DNA of 63,503 bases, the filler included, from Chiloscyllium plagiosum (Eukaryota), in assembly GCF_004010195.1 (NCBI RefSeq). It is 5 parts of one record of this genome, joined end to end, with 100 filler letters (N's around TTAATTAATTAA, not from the genome) between each part and the next. Parts side by side here need not be neighbours in the genome. Positions count along the whole stretch, not along the records: positions 59,253 to 63,503 come from NC_057712.1; 4 more parts are not named here. One strand, 5' to 3'. The translations under genes and the position numbers were made by a program. Below are positions 62,811 to 63,503 of this stretch, one piece after another (the stretch's first letter is position 1; each line of letters starts with the position of its first letter). Under the pieces are notes generated by a model. The model was not told the DNA's origin. It saw only the letters and a list, made by a program, of their open reading frames with translations, and searched no databases.

Positions 62811-63148
62811 GAGATGGCTAATCATGCACATTAAAATCAAGATTCTGCAATTAAGCAGATTCTAGAGGTGGAGTTTTCCCATTTTTTTCTAATTGTGGGA
62901 TTGAGTATGTTAGCTGGTGATAAATATTGCTACCCTCACCAGTGAGATAAGTCACCTAATCGCCCTTCAATCAGCTTGTTAATAGTGATAAGTATGTATG
63001 GTTAAGTATCATGCCCTATCACAGGCTCCAATACTGGCATCCAGGATCCTCAGAAGCTGTTTCATGCCCTAAAATGGGTCAGTTGAGGTCTAGTAATTTA
63101 GTAATTTATTTTGCTTCTTTGCATAAGGTGGGGACCGTGGGGAGAGGC

Positions 63149-63503
63149 AAACTCTGTAAGTACAGCAAACTTTTATCTACCCACCTCCATAACCAGCGCT
63201 CCTCGAACATTCCAGAAGATTCCCCTGGCCTCAGAAACCCCAATTCGGCTGATGCAGCTACCACCCCCACGCTGATTGATGATGTCACTTCTGCCCCCAT
63301 CATGGTCACTCCCACAGCCACTTCCGGCCCTCACATCATCGCCGATGCCACACGCTCAGTGACTTCCGCCACCCCTACTGCCATGTCTGCCACCACTTCC
63401 GACCCCACCAGCGCCACTCACCTGCATTCTGCTGAGACGCCCACCACAGACGCCACTGTCACTATCCCCACCCCCCAGAATCCCGAGGGGAACACTATCC
63501 CTG
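63149..63503 (+). mobile_element. Open Thr/Pro/Ala-rich reading frame running off the window, probably the N-terminal region of a Penelope-like ORF
   Basis: KLCKYSKLLSTHLHNQRSSNIPEDSPGLRNPNSADAATTPTLIDDVTSAP... has no stop to the window end and retains CpGs, suggesting a young element. No diagnostic domain is visible. Confidence 0.45.

Overview
Eukaryotic, repeat-dense DNA, almost certainly from a shark (elasmobranch). It carries HE1/V-type tRNA SINEs, many CR1 and L2 LINE fragments, Penelope-like element ends with hammerhead-ribozyme cores, Gypsy-type solo LTRs and decayed DNA-transposase relics (Harbinger, probably P/THAP). I could not support any intact host gene. Four 100-nt N/TTAATTAATTAA linkers split the window into five contigs. 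The standout is 11264-16905 on the minus strand. A Gypsy-type LTR is broken exactly at its TATA box (ATAAACAGGGGATT). Stacked head-to-tail at that point are about 20 poly(A)-tailed, 5'-truncated 3' ends of a Tx1-clade non-LTR retrotransposon, plus a retro-copied 3' end of the host ferritin heavy-chain mRNA. Most modules are separated by a regenerated copy of the LTR TATA-site sequence. My inference is a site-specific retrotransposon landing pad that renews its own target, accumulates insertions in order and also captures cellular mRNAs. All family assignments come from motif recognition by eye; no database search was run.
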